From an uncultured Alphaproteobacteria bacterium (lineage in GTDB: Bacteria; Pseudomonadota; Alphaproteobacteria; Rhizobiales; Xanthobacteraceae): a DNA stretch of 64,000 nt. Numbering within the stretch: position 1 is the first letter of the stretch; each line of letters opens with the position of its first letter. Under the pieces are notes generated by a model. The model was not told where the DNA came from. It ran no database searches and was given only the letters and a program-made list of their open reading frames with translations. Location of the stretch: contig CAVRUP010000024.1 in NCBI GenBank assembly GCA_963724335.1, forward strand, positions 19,265-83,264. The letters are read 5' to 3'. The position numbers and the translations under genes were made by a program. This document shows positions 1-11,926 of this stretch, piece by piece.

Positions 1-336
1 GGCCTCGATCTGTCGTCGGGCGCGCGCGCGGGCTTGACCGCGTTTCTTGCCGGCGTGGCGCGCACGGTCGCCGCCAATAACGTCACCATCAACAACATCC
101 TGCCCGGCGCCTTCGACACCGACCGCTTGCGCGGCACGCTCGTCAAGGCGGCCGAGCAGAAGGGCGTCAGCATCGAGGAAGCCGCCAAGGCGCGCGCGGC
201 CGGCATTCCGGCGCGCCGCTTCGGCGATCCGGCCGAATTCGGCGCGGCGGCAGCCTTCCTGTGCTCGGCGCAGGCCGGCTATATCACCGGGCAGAACCTG
301 CTGATCGACGGCGGCACCTTCAACGGGGCGTTCTGA
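1..336 (+). CDS. SDR family oxidoreductase, C-terminal part (runs off window start)
   Basis: NNILPGAFDT...RFGDPAEFG...YITGQNLLIDGG is a typical SDR C-terminus. Confidence 0.85.
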   Translation, partial: GLDLSSGARAGLTAFLAGVARTVAANNVTINNILPGAFDTDRLRGTLVKAAEQKGVSIEEAAKARAAGIPARRFGDPAEFGAAAAFLCSAQAGYITGQNLLIDGGTFNGAF

Positions 337-494
337 AACCGCGGTTTTTCCCCGGCCCGCGCTATGGGATCGCGCCAGCGCGGCTATTGCTTTACAGTCG
401 CGGCAACTGCCCGGTGACGGGCCGGCATGACCGCCAGGGGACGGCGGCACTTGCGCCGGCCGGCGCCGTTCGACCGTGCAGCGGCCGAACCGTC

Positions 495-2140
495 ATGTCC
501 AGACTTGCACCGATCGCCGACGAACCGACACCGGATGAGGTGCGCGCCGCGCTTGATCGCATCGTCGGCAGCGAGGCCTTCCGCTCGTCGCCGCAGTTGG
601 CCGCGTTCCTGAGCTTCGTGGTCAGTGCCGCGCTGCAGGGCAGAAGCGACCGCATCAAGGGCTACACCATCGGCGTCGAAGCGCTCAAACGCGGCGCCAA
701 TTTCGATCCGCAGCTCGACCCGATCGTGCGCGTGGAGGCGACGCGGCTGCGGCGCGCGATGGAGCGCTATTATTCCGGGCCCGGCGCCGACAGTCCGGTG
801 CGCATCGAGCTCGCCCGCGGCAGCTATGTGCCGTCGTTCTGCTACCGCGGCGCGCGGCCGGAGGCGGCAAGCAAAAGCACGCGCGCGCCGGCGAATTCCT
901 GCCGGGCAACGGCATGCCGACGCTGCTGATCCAGCCGTTCGAGCTGCTCACGACGCCGGCCACGCAAGCGGTTTCCGCCGTCACGCTGCACGACAAGCTG
1001 TGCGACGCCTTCGCGCGATTCGACACCATCAACATCGTTTCCGGCAGCGCGGACGCGGCCGGGGCGGCGGCGCCTTCGACCGCGGCGCAATCCAGTCAAA
1101 TGGCGAGTTTCAATTACCGCCTGATGGGATCGGTCGAATATCGCGACGACGGAACCACCAGCGTGCGCTTCCGGCTGCTCGACGCCGAAGACGGCACCGT
1201 CGTCTGGGCGCGCGTGTTCGAGCGCCTGACCACGGCGGGCGGCCGCGCCGCGGCCGAGGATGCGATCGTCACCGAACTCGCCGCCACGCTGGTGCAGCCG
1301 TTCGGCGTGATCCGCGCGCATGAACGGATCAGGCACCTCGCCGGCGGCGCCGGCGATCCGCGCTACCGCAGCATCGTCGAGGCGTCGGAATCGTTCCGCT
1401 CCTTCGACCCGGCGCAGCACGCGCGGGCGCGCGCCGAGCTGGAACGCCTCACCGCCATCGATCCCGGTTTTGCCAGCGGCTTTTCCTATCTGGCCGCCAT
1501 CTATTTCCGCGAATACCAGTACGGCTATGCCGGGCACCTGGGCGATCGCGCCATGCTCGACCGCGCGCTCGAAATGGCGCGCAAGGCGATCGAGCTCAAG
1601 CCGGAGAATTCGCGCGCCTACCAGATTCTGTTCGGCGTTTTGTTTGCGCGCCACGAAATCGCGGCGGCCTTTGCCGCCGGCGACAAGGCCATCGCGCTCA
1701 ACAAATACGACACCACCTTGATGAGCGATTACGGCGGACGGCTGATCATGGTCGGCGAGGTCGAACGCGGCATGGACATGCTGCAAAAGGCCGGCGAATT
1801 CGGCACCGTGCGCCCGTCATGGCATCATTTCTACATGTTCCTCGGCAGCTATCTGCGCGGCGATCTGACCAACATGGTCCATCACGCCACCCAGATCACC
1901 AGCGAGGATTACCCGCTCGGGCTGGTGGCGCGCGCCTTGGCGGCGGCCGCCGCCGGCGACCGCGAGCGCGCCAGCCGCTCGATCGAAAGGCTCAAGACCG
2001 TCAGCCCGGCCTGGGGCGCCGACCTGCGCGGCGAACTCGACAAGTTCTTTCCGGTCGCCGAACTGGCCGAGCGGCTGGCGCGCGATCTGGCCCGGGCCGG
2101 CTTGACGGCGGGCGCCGCGCCGCCGCCTAAGCGCCTGTAA
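495..2140 (+). CDS. TolB-like/TPR regulatory protein of the 'adenylate cyclase-like' family; frameshift near 880-915
   Basis: N-terminus DRIVGSEAFRSSPQL...IKGYTIGVEAL...DPIVRVEATRLRRAM (ATG 495) continues in ORF 914..2140 with TPR-like helices. Confidence 0.7.
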
Positions 2141-2268
2141 GGCAGCGTGTTTCCGCGCATTTAGCATCTGGATTACGGTAAATTTCTTCTGCACTGCACA
2201 CCAAATCTGCCAAAGCTGCCGCAACGGCCCTCTGGGCCCATAGCAATCTCAGCAAAGGCAGATTTTCG

Positions 2269-2761
2269 ATGTCGAATGGAAATGGGAATGCCGGCGGCTG
2301 CAAGACGGCTGCGGCCGGCGGCGCCGACGCCGCCGAGCTGGCGGCCGCGCCGGATAGTCACATCCTCACGCTCGCCGTGGTCGCGCGGATGTTCAAGATT
2401 TCCCCGCTCGCGTTGCGGCTTTTCGAGCTGCGCGGCCTCGATTCGGCGCCAGCGCGCCGGCAATGCCTGGGTCTTCAGCTGGTCCGATTGCGAACGCATT
2501 GCGCTGCTGGTGAAGGCGCGCAAAGCCGGTCTTGCCGTGCGCGAGTTCGCGGCGGTGCTGCGCGCGATGGACGAGCAGGCGCCGAACGCGGTCGCCGACG
2601 ACGGCCGGCTGCAATGCCTGTCGCTCATCCACGCGCTCGAAGCGCGCAAGAAAGCCATCCACAACGTGCTCGACGAGCTTTACCGGATCGATTGGGAATT
2701 GTCGGAACGGCTCGGCGTCGAGGGCACGCTCGACAACGGCGCCAGCGTGGATTCGCTCTGA
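2269..2761 (+). CDS. MerR family transcriptional regulator; frameshift near 2440
   Basis: LTLAVVARMFKISPLALRLFELRGL then RRQRAGNAWVFSWSDCERIALLVKARKAGLAVRE in the next frame. Confidence 0.7.
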
Positions 2762-2786
2762 GCGCGGCGGCGCCCGCCTCAAACGG

Positions 2787-2812
2787 AAAAGGCCGGCGTT
2801 GGCGCCGGCCTT
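2787..2812. terminator. Probable intrinsic terminator between convergent genes
   Basis: aaaaggccggcg-ttgg-cgccggcctt hairpin; the A-run gives a U-tail on the minus strand. Confidence 0.6.
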
Positions 2813-2836
2813 GTCACGTCGCCAGAGGCGAAATGG

Positions 2837-4156
2837 CTATTTGTGATAGAGCGTCGACGTCGGCGCCGGCGCCGCCGGCTCGTCCCAGCGATACTTCAGC
2901 GCCACCGAGATGATGTCGATGTGCGAGTCGACGCTGCCGACATAGGAGATGCCGTCGAACCACGGATTGCCCGACGTCCGCGAGATGTTGATCGACGTGC
3001 TCCGTCACGAACACGTGTGAATAGGCCGCAGTCGATGGTGATCTTCGGCGTCAATTATAGGTCGCCACCAACCGACAGCCAGTAGCGGTCGTTGTCCGGC
3101 AACAGCGGCGTGCGCACGTCGATCGGTGACTGGCGACATTTCGTAGCCGATGCCGCCGCGCACGCGCGAGTTGCTGCGTCCATTGATATTCGGCGCCGAC
3201 CGAAAAGAACCAGCCGTCCTCATACTGGAACGGCAAAGCGGCATCGCTGCCACCAGGATCGCGGCTGACCATCGGCTGCAACACGACTGAGGTGCCGATC
3301 CGGCTCCAGTTCGTCCACTCGACCGTGCCGAGCAAGGTCCATTGTGGGACCGAGCGATGCTGCCGCAGGCCGGAGGCTGACGACCATCGGGCAAATCCAG
3401 CGTGGTGCCGACAGCGGCGGTTGGGAAGCCCGTAATTGACATCGAGCCGTTGAGCTTCTGATTGAGCGCCGAACGATAGCCGAGCCCGATGGTGGTGGTC
3501 GGTGTCGGCGTCAACGGTGACGCCCGCAGTGAACCCGTAACCCCAGCCATGGCCGGAAAGTTCAGAATGAGGAGCGGCCCGGGGGTGGGACCTGAGGTGA
3601 GAAGTCGGCGCTGGCATATTGGACCTGCACGCCGACGCCGATGCTGATCAGTCGCTGATGCGGTACGCAAAACTCGGCGTCGCGTTATAGGTTCTCAGGT
3701 TGCTGCCGCCCGCCGCGTAATCGCGGCCGGCCCACACGCCGCGGGAACTCTCCTGCAGCCCGAATGGCGAAGTAACCGCCAGCCCGAGCCACATGTCCGG
3801 TCTGAATTGCCAGGAATAGTAACCGGCCGGCACTAATGCGTCCTTGGCCATGTTGCTGGTGCCGCCTAAGCACGCCGAGCGTGCTGCCCGCGCCACATTG
3901 GGCGAGTTCGAAGCAAGGCAAAATGCCGGTGAGCACCGATTCGCTCTGGATGCCGGGCACCTGCGTCATGGTCGCCGGATTCCAGAACATCGACGACAGC
4001 GATCCGCCGGCCGCGACGCCGGCATAGGACGTGCCCTGCCCGTAGGCGCTCTGCTCGCGAATCGCGAAGCCGCCGGCATTCGCCGCGCCGTTGACGCGAC
4101 AATGCCGCGACACCACTGCACGCCAACAGAAGCGCCTTCAGACCCCGAAAAGACAT
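2837..4156 (-). CDS. OmpP1/FadL family outer-membrane transporter; multiple frameshifts
   Basis: AGGFAIREQSAYGQGTSYAGVAAGG...MFWNPATMT, LGLAVTSPFGL, WTNWSR, YEDGWFFSVGAEY spread over several frames. Confidence 0.8.
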
Positions 4157-4416
4157 TGCATGAGCCCCCAAATGCATGTTGCGCCATGCCCGCCGCGCAT
4201 GCTCGCAAATATCGTGCCCGTGGAGTCGCGCCGCCGACAATGGGCATGATGACCAAATAGCCGCTTACAACCGGCCAATTGCACAAATTTTGGCTGCATG
4301 TGGCAAGCATGTCACAGAGCGCCGGCACGCCTGGCCGGTGCCGGCTGCGCTGAAAACAATTGTTAATTCAATAGCTTATACGGCAGCCCATGGCCAGCGC
4401 GGGCGGGCGCGCCGGC

Positions 4417-4662
4417 CTAGCCGTTGAACTCCACGCCCAGCCGCGTGGCGGTTCGCCAGATCACATGGCACGGCGCTTTCACGTGATCGATCTCGACCAC
4501 CAGCACGAACTCGTTCGGGATGCCGACTTGGCTCGCCACTTCCAGGCAGGCGCCGGCGGGCGACAGATTGCGCACCCGGCAGTCGACGCCGGCGGCGCGG
4601 TTAAAGTTGATGCTGCCCGCCTTCAGCGTGCGATGGCGCTGGACCTTGCGTCTCTCTTCCAT
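4417..4662 (-). CDS. Single-domain PilZ protein (c-di-GMP binding)
   Basis: ERRKVQRHRT (RxxxR) and NLSPAGA (D/NxSxxG) motifs. Confidence 0.85.
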   Translation of the reverse strand: MEERRKVQRHRTLKAGSINFNRAAGVDCRVRNLSPAGACLEVASQVGIPNEFVLVVEIDHVKAPCHVIWRTATRLGVEFNG

Positions 4663-4944
4663 GACACCCTCCGTCGCTCTCGGCGCTCGTTGCGCTCCTG
4701 CGCAACCCTGCCGATATGAGGTCAGACGGTTTGACCGATGCCGCCATGATACGCGCGGCGGTTTAGCCGATGGTGAAACTGAACATCGAAATACGGAGGT
4801 TTCCGTTAGCAATCGCTAACCATGGCGCCGCGCGGGCTTGTTTTTTCCGCATAGACCCGCACATTTTATTCGCAATTTACGGAGCGTGACCGGCGGCAGG
4901 CACTACAATACGGCCCGATCGCTCGGCCAGGGACACCTTCACCC

Positions 4945-5082
4945 GTGCTGCAATGGCTCATCAGTGACTGCCGCCTGTTAGGTCTGCCCGGCCAGAACTG
5001 GATGTGGGTCTTGCCCGCCGGCTTGCTGATCTACTGCGCCGCGCTCGTCGTCCTGCGCCGCCGGCACTCCGGCATCCGCTAG
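4945..5082 (+). CDS. Small (45 aa) putative membrane protein, not in ORF track
   Basis: GTG..TAG frame MLQWLISDCRLLGLPGQNWMWVLPAGLLIYCAALVVLRRRHSGIR: one hydrophobic helix and a basic tail. Confidence 0.5.
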   Translation: MLQWLISDCRLLGLPGQNWMWVLPAGLLIYCAALVVLRRRHSGIR

Positions 5083-5233
5083 CAAACCGCATCTTTCAAG
5101 CTTGCGCAGGCTTCGAACGCGCATGCGCGCCGGGCGACCGGCGGCGGCGCGGCTTGTGAGGCTGCGGCATTGCGCCTATAGGTCGGCGGTCGCCATCCCG
5201 GCGAGCGGACCCAAGTCCGCGGAAAGACGCTCC

Positions 5234-5458
5234 ATGCAGCTTTATATCTTCAAATCCGAGACTAGCCGCGATTTGCGCGCGTTTTGCGACGATCGCGGCG
5301 GCCAGAAATTGCCGGCGCAATTCCGTCCCTGGCACGCGGTCGGCGTGGTGCGCGAGGATGCGCCGCCGCCGAACAATCTCAGCCGCGACGTGATCGAGGC
5401 CTCGATCGCCAGCGACGGCTATCAGCTCTGGAAACTGAAGAGCGACAAGAAGCAGTAA
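5234..5458 (+). CDS. Hypothetical small protein (74 aa)
   Basis: MQLYIFKSETSRDLRAF...GYQLWKLK after purine-rich ggaaag; protein-like composition. Confidence 0.65.
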   Translation: MQLYIFKSETSRDLRAFCDDRGGQKLPAQFRPWHAVGVVREDAPPPNNLSRDVIEASIASDGYQLWKLKSDKKQ

Positions 5459-5794
5459 GCCGTGGCCGACCGCCCCTGCAAACCCGGCGCCGATGTGAAG
5501 CGGATCTGGCAACTGCTGCTGCCGGATACGCCGTTCCCGGCCTGCGGGACGCGGGATACCGGCGAAGCGGACGCGGGCGAAAGCGCGGAAACACAAGACG
5601 CGCGCCGCACCGTCAGGCCGGCGCCTTCCGGCGGCAAAGAATTTCAGTAGGCGTTGGGCAACGCGTGGCGCGGTCGATGCAGCCGTCGCTCGCGGCGCGG
5701 AAAATTCAATAAATTTTAACCGAACCGATTAAACGGCTGAAAATACCTGCCACGGTATAAGGGTGCCGGCGACATCAACCGGGGGTAACCCAAC

Positions 5795-5965
5795 ATGAGC
5801 AAGGTTATTCTGCGTTTCTTGAAAGACAGTTCGGGGGCTACGGCCATCGAATACGGCCTGATTGCCGCTGGTATTTCGGTTGCGATTATCGCGGTCGTCA
5901 ACGGCCTCGGCACGCAGCTCAGCAACACTTTCGGCACCGTATCGTCCGATCTGGCGGCGCAGTAA
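5795..5965 (+). CDS. Flp family type IVb pilin (56 aa), not in ORF track
   Basis: MSKVILRFLKDSSGATAIEYGLIAAGISVAIIAVV: canonical G/ATAIEY prepilin motif. Confidence 0.95.
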   Translation: MSKVILRFLKDSSGATAIEYGLIAAGISVAIIAVVNGLGTQLSNTFGTVSSDLAAQ

Positions 5966-5989
5966 CTCCGCCGCGCACGTGTCTGCAAA

Positions 5990-6022
5990 GGCCCTGGCCG
6001 GTCGCCGGGGTCTTTCTTTTTT
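5990..6022 (+). terminator. Intrinsic terminator after the pilin gene
   Basis: ggccctggc-cggtc-gccggggtc stem followed by tttcttttttt. Confidence 0.7.
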
Positions 6023-6223
6023 TGCCGGTTTGAATTGGCGCAAGTTTTCGGCGATTGCCAAGGCTGCCGCAAGATCGGCAGGCCGCCAAGCGAGGCGCCC
6101 GCGCGGGCCGGGGCACCGCAATATGGGTTGCCCCCTGCCCCTCGGCTATCGCATGATCGGCTTTCCGACCCCCGTCACTCGAACCAATCTCCAAAAAACA
6201 AACGCTCCAGGGAGACACTGCAC

Positions 6224-7075
6224 ATGAAGCTCGTCCGCTACGGCGCGCCCGGCCGCGAGAAGCCCGGCATCATCGACGCCGACGGCAAAATCAGGGACCT
6301 GTCGCGCCTGGTGCCGGACATCGACGGCGCCATGCTCGCCGCCGGCGGCCTCGCCAAGATCCGCAAAGCCAATCTCAAGCGGCTCAAAACCGTCGCCGGC
6401 AAGCCGCGGCTCGGCGCTTGCGTCGGCCATGTGCGCAATTACATCGCCATCGGGCTCAACTACGCCGACCACGCGGCCGAATCCGGCGTGCCGGTGCCGA
6501 GCGAGCCGGTGGTGTTCAACAAGGCGCCGTCCTGCATCTGCGGGCCGAACGACAACACCATGCTGCCGAAGGATTCCAGCAAGCTCGATTACGAATGCGA
6601 GCTCGGCGTCGTGATCGGCCGGCGCGCGCGCTATCTGGCCAAGGACAAGGCAATGGACGCGGTCGCCGGTTATTGTCTGGCCAACGACGTGTCGGAGCGC
6701 GCGTTGCAGATGGAGCACGGGCAGACCATCTCCAAGGGCAAGGGCGCCGAGGGTTTCGGGCCGCTCGGGCCCTGGTTCGTGACCAAGGACGAGATCAAGG
6801 ACCCGCAGAATCTCGCCATATGGACCAACGTCAACGGCCAAAAGCGTCAGCACGGCTCGACCAAGACCATGGTGTTCGATGTGGCCTATCTGGTCTGGTA
6901 TCTGTCGCAGCTCTTCGTGCTCGAGCCGGGCGACGTGATCGCCACCGGCACGCCGCCGGGCGTCGCCTTCGGCATGAAGCCGGCGCCGGTCTATCTCAAA
7001 GCCGGCGACGTGGTCGAGCTCGGCATCGAGGGGCTCGGCACGCAGCGGCAGAAGATCGTGCCGTTCAAGGCGTGA
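6224..7075 (+). CDS. Fumarylacetoacetate hydrolase family protein
   Basis: IGLNYADHAAE, FNKA, LDYECELGVVIG, NDVSER, PGDVIATGTPPGV. Confidence 0.92.
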   Translation: MKLVRYGAPGREKPGIIDADGKIRDLSRLVPDIDGAMLAAGGLAKIRKANLKRLKTVAGKPRLGACVGHVRNYIAIGLNYADHAAESGVPVPSEPVVFNKAPSCICGPNDNTMLPKDSSKLDYECELGVVIGRRARYLAKDKAMDAVAGYCLANDVSERALQMEHGQTISKGKGAEGFGPLGPWFVTKDEIKDPQNLAIWTNVNGQKRQHGSTKTMVFDVAYLVWYLSQLFVLEPGDVIATGTPPGVAFGMKPAPVYLKAGDVVELGIEGLGTQRQKIVPFKA

Positions 7076-7096
7076 AACCGACAAACGGTCTCGCCC

Positions 7097-7135
7097 GTCA
7101 ATGCCGGGCTTGACCCGGCAATCCATGATGAGCCG
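7097..7135. repeat. Left arm of a REP/RIME-like palindromic element
   Basis: gtcaatgccgggcttgacccggcaatccatgatg; approximately the reverse complement of 12713-12750. Confidence 0.7.
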
Positions 7136-7173
7136 CGGCGGCGGCAAACTTTCGTAATACTAGATGCCGTAAT

Positions 7174-7969
7174 GGGCGCGGACTCATTAACGCGCAGCCA
7201 TAGTCTGATCGATGCAAGTTGGATGAAGGCGAGGTAGTTATCGGCGAGCTTGTCGTAACGAGTGGCTACTCGATGACACTGCTTGATCTTGTTGAAGAAC
7301 CGCTCGATCAAGTTGCGGGCGCGATAAAGGTGGCGGCTAAAGCAGATAGGCTCCGTCCGGTTTCGTTTCGGTGGGATATTTGCCCACGCACCGCGCTGGC
7401 TCACAAGTGCTCTGATTTAATTGGCGTCAAAACCTCGATCCGCAAGCAACATTGCTGCCGATTTCAGACCCGACAGCAGGGTAAAGGACAAGACGGTTAT
7501 CGTGCGCCTCGCCAGTCGTCAGCGCGAGACGGACGGGCAACCCACTGCTATCGACGACGGCATGAATCTTGGTCGTCAGTCAGCCCCGCGACCGGCCCAT
7601 CAGTTGCTCACTATTGGCTGCGATGCATGCTCCATACTGGTGAACGCGGACGATGGACGTATCGATCATCTGCACGCCCGCATCGTGAGCGAGCGACAAG
7701 CTATTCATGATGCGGTCCCAGACGCCCGCCCTGCGCCAGCGAACGAAGCGATTATAGCAAGTCGTGTAAGGGCCAAAGTTGTCAGCAGATCACGCCATGG
7801 CGCACCTGACCGCAAGACCCAAAAAACGCCGTTGAGCACCCGCCGGTCATTCACACGCGGCACGCCGCGCGGTTTGTTCGGCAGGAGCGGCTTGATGGCC
7901 GCCCATTCACCGTCAGTGAGTTCGTAGCGCATGATTCGAGGCTCCGTTTGGGAGCTTGAATCACGCGCT
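7174..7969 (-). mobile_element. IS5 family insertion sequence, degenerate transposase
   Basis: MRYELTDGEWAAIKPLLP...VLRSGAPWRDL and RNLIERFFNKIKQCHRVATRYDK; imperfect IRs gggcgcggactca / tgaatcacgcgct. Confidence 0.85.
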
Positions 7970-8192
7970 GGTCGATACCATCAGCTTGCAAAAGGCCCGC
8001 TGCGGCGGTCGCTAATGCGCTAACTTTACTTCCGCTTTTAGGCGCACAGCCGACATGGCGGCACTTGCCGCTGGTCTCGTCCCGGTCGAAAATGACCTGG
8101 CTGTGCAAAAACGCTGCCAACAGTTGTCAGCACGCAACAAAAGAATCGAACTTGCCGCCTAGGCGAAAGCCTCTGAACGGACATTGTCGTTA

Positions 8193-9120
8193 GCTACATG
8201 TAATGCCGCAGCATCGGCAGCGCTTGTTCGACGCAATATGCGACCTTCGGCAATTGCCTCCTTGGCCCGGTTGAACTCCATTAAGCCGATGTCGCGCAGT
8301 CGTAGGAGCGAGCATTACATGTGGCGGCTCGCCGGCGAGCCGCGCGCGCGTAATGTGGTCCTGCATAATGTTAATACAATTGGAGAGCACATCGAAGTAT
8401 CCCGGCGTCGAAGGCCCTTTAGACAGGAGCCGTGGGGCTATCTGAGCAGCTTGCTCGCGCAACGGTGCCGGCAGCTAGCTTTGACCATCCGATCGAAGAA
8501 GTCGCTCGGAAGGCGCGAAGGCAGGGTCGTCTCCGCGTTGGGTTCGCTCGCAAAGCGTCGACCCAATAGATCACCGTTCAGATTAACGGCGATAATCACT
8601 TCAGCGCCGAGAGCGCGACAGACCGAGACCGGCACTGGATTGGACAGCCCTCCGTCGACAAGCCATTTACCGCCAACTCTTGCCGGACTGAGAATTCGCG
8701 GGCAGCGCGATCGAGGCGCGCACCGCTTCATGAATTGGTCCAGACTCCAGCCAAATCTCGCGACCACTAACCAGATCGGTAGCGACTGCTGCATATCGTT
8801 TGGGGAAGCTCTCGATTGGCGCTTCGACGCCTAGCCCTTTCAAAAAACGAAACCACCTGTTTGCCGCTAATCAGTCCGCCACCGGACAGCCGGACATCCA
8901 TAAGCCCGACAATCTCACGCCAGGTGGCGGTCTCCGCCCACTGGCGCAGCTCCGTCAGGTGCCCGGCTACATAAGCCGCACCAACCAGCGATCCCATCGA
9001 AGTTCCGCAGACGATATCAGCCTCGATGCCGGCTTCGGCCAATGATTCGATGATCCCGATGTGCGACCATCCGCGGGCAGAGCCGCTGCCGAGCGCTAGT
9101 CCGATGCGGGGGGCTGTCAT
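8193..9120 (-). CDS. Patatin-like phospholipase (RssA-like); frameshifted, possibly a pseudogene
   Basis: [21 protein letters not shown] nucleophile elbow, [11 protein letters not shown]. Confidence 0.85.
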
Positions 9121-9138
9121 GAGGTCCTAGTATCTGGC

Positions 9139-11458
9139 CTATAAAGGCTTCTGGGTCCCGCCCCGCGGTTGGCCAAGAACCGTCCGGATTGACCGGCGGG
9201 CAATGGCCACGAAATTTTGCACGGCTGGAGAGCGGTCATGCTGCCGATGTGCCAGGCAAATTCCCACACGCGGCGTATCTCCTTCGATAGGCACATAGCT
9301 GACTCCATCGGCCATGATTTGGCTCGTAGATCGCGGCACAATCGATATGCCCAAGCCGGCCGCCACCAAGGGTATGGCGGATACAATTTCCGGCGCCTCT
9401 TGTCCTAACGCAGGGCTGAACCCAGCACGACGGCACGCCGCGATAAGGGAATCATAGGGGTCGGGGGCGAGGTCGCGCGGAAATAGAATGAAGCGTTCTT
9501 CGGCGAGGGTTGCTAGCGGCACGGACGCCGAATTGCTCAGTCGATGCCCGGCCGGCAAGACAACCACTAAGTCTTCGTCCTCCAACGGCTCGATCGCAAG
9601 ACCATCGCTGTCGCCGACCGGCCGCCAGATGAAGGCAATATCAACCTTTCCGGCGCGCAGTCGTGCGGTCAGCAACGCTGAGTAATTTGTCTGCGGTGCC
9701 ACAACAACATCCGGATATTTCAACCCGTATTCACGGATGATCGCCGGAATGAGCGGGTGCAAATAGATCGCGACGCCGGAGGCGACAATGAGCTGGCCGG
9801 TTTCACCGCGCGCGCGGCGCTGGACGCCGGTCTGTGGCAGTCTCGACCTGCTTGAGGATGACGCGAGCTTCCTCCAGCAACAGTTTTCCGGCATCGGTCA
9901 GCTCGATCCCCCGCGTGCGGCGACGCAAAAGTTGCGTGCCCAGCTCCTTTTCCAACTGCTTAATCTGCACACTGAGCGGCGGCTGGTTTATGCCTAGCCG
10001 CTCGGCCGCGCGCGTGAAATTAAGTTCGTCGGCGACCGCAATAAAATAGCGGGTCTTCAGGAAATCGAGTGGGTGTTTTGGGCAACTTCAGAGGGCTGGA
10101 AGCATGCAGGTGAGCACCTTGAGGCGCAGATATTCCTCGTCGCGTAGACCGTAGGCGCGGCGCTGGAAGACGCGGATCTTGTTGTTGAGGCCCTCGACGA
10201 AGCCGAGCGAGACTTTGTTTTCCGGCTTGCAGTAGGCGGCGATGCCGTCCCAGTGGCGATCGATCATGTCGGCGAACTTCTCGTAGGGTTCGAGCCGCTG
10301 CCATTTGAGGCTCGCGCGCCAGTTCTCGAAGAAGCGCCGCGCCCAGCCCTCGCGCTCGTAGTCCCAGAGCTGGCCGAAGGACTCCTTCAGCACGTAGGCG
10401 GTGTTCAGCCGCTTGTTGGCGGCCAGCAGCAGCTTGAGCGAGCTCTTGCCCTCCAGGGTGAGGTTCTCGTGGCGCGACAGCAGCGTGTATTTCTGGCCCT
10501 TGATGAAGCGCCGATCCTTGCCGCTGAGGCGCGCGTATTCGGTCTTGCGCACCTTGTCGAGCGCCTCGCCCAGATGGCGCATGATGTGGAACTTGTCGAA
10601 CAGGATCGCGGCCTGCGGCGCCCGTTCGCGGGTCGTCGTTGCGGAACGGCTTCCACATGTCCATCACGGCGAGCCGAATGCCGCTGGCTCTTCTTCTGGC
10701 CCAGCCAGTCGTAGAACTGCGCCATGCTGGCCTCTGAGCGATCCTCGCCGCCGAACCAGATCGGCCGCTTGCGGATCAGGTCGCTGACCACGATCCGATA
10801 GCTGTGGCCCTTGCGGATCGAGATCTCGTCGATGCCGATCGCCTGGGCCCCGGCGTGCCCGCCCGGGCAGCTGGGCCGCATGTACTGCTTCTCCAGCGTC
10901 TTGACCGTGTCCCAGTCGAGCTTCAGCTCCTTGGCGACATCCCGGATCGACGCTTGCCGGCAGCGCCGGCCCGACGTAAAACGCAAAGCGCTTGGTGATA
11001 GAGCGGATTGTCCGCCAGAAAATCGAGCCGCTCGCGCTTCACCTTGCCGCAACTGCGGCACGCACGCGCCGCACCTCAAACTCCAGGAAGATCCGCATGT
11101 CGCCACACGGCAGATCGCGAACCTGCCGCATACGCCGGTCGTACCAGCCCGAATGCAATTCGCCCGCAGCACCCGCAAACCGTTTTTTTGCGCGCCGGTC
11201 GAGAGTGATGATCCGCGCATCCGGATCACCGAACACCCCGCGCACCGTGGGTTGCGGGCGAAAGCCCGGGAACGAATACGCATCCGACAGGCGCCGCTGT
11301 CGCTTCGATGAGTTGGCCATCGGAAAATAATGCCCGATCCAACCACCTTAGGAAACCTCGAAAACCCAATATCCATGTGGCTTCAAGTCACATTTCCCAT
11401 TAAATTCATCCACTCGATTTCCTGATGAGCCAAAATAGCGGAGATGACGCAATTCCAT
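9139..11458 (-). pseudogene. LysR family regulator interrupted by ISL3 after about codon 9
   Basis: MELRHLRYF at 11458; FIAVADELNFTRAAERLGINQPPLS resumes below 10050; substrate-binding domain in 9139..9894. Confidence 0.9.
10051..11431 (-). mobile_element. ISL3 family IS (1381 bp) with 8-bp target duplication AAAATAGC
   Basis: IRs GGGTCTTCAGGAAATCGAGTGG / GGCTCATCAGGAAATCGAGTGG; TSD at 10043-10050 and 11432-11439; AIGIDEISIRKGH, MDMW, VEGLNNKIRVFQRRAYG. Confidence 0.95.
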
Positions 11459-11626
11459 CAGCCAAATACCCATGCACGAGTAATCGGAGGGCGCCCGGTG
11501 CCAGCACGTGAATAGCTACAACCATACGCCGCAAATATGGAAAACGCCAAATTCAGGTATTGGACCCGCGCTCAATTGACCGCCATTTCCTAGGAGTGCG
11601 CGATCTTGCCCCTAGGAACCGAATTA

Positions 11627-11926
11627 ATGACGAATGCCCCCATCAAAGAATTGCAGGCAGAAAATCAGTGGCTGCGGGAGTTAGCGGTTTCGCTCAGTGT
11701 TACGCTATTGCGGAATATTGCACTCGACCCTCCCAAGTACCGTCGCAACGCGAGTAGCGCCGACGCCGAGCGCCTGCTGACGGAGGCGGAGCAATGCTTT
11801 CGCTCCGCGAGAATTCCGGGCCTGAAAACAGAAATCGCTGAAGGCTTGCAGGCCGCGGGTAACGAGTTGATGGCCAAAGCTGTCGAGATCGAGACAGTGC
11901 TTCAGTGTGAGAAATGGAAGAAATAA
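11627..11926 (+). CDS. Hypothetical helical protein divergent from the LysR gene
   Basis: 99-aa ORF from ATG 11627 with coiled-coil-like composition; no recognised motif. Confidence 0.5.
   Translation: MTNAPIKELQAENQWLRELAVSLSVTLLRNIALDPPKYRRNASSADAERLLTEAEQCFRSARIPGLKTEIAEGLQAAGNELMAKAVEIETVLQCEKWKK

Noticed and set aside
5716-5732. Full CtrA box upstream of the pilin gene
   Set aside because: TTAA-N9-TTAA spacing does not match TTAA-N7-TTAAC; at most a half-site
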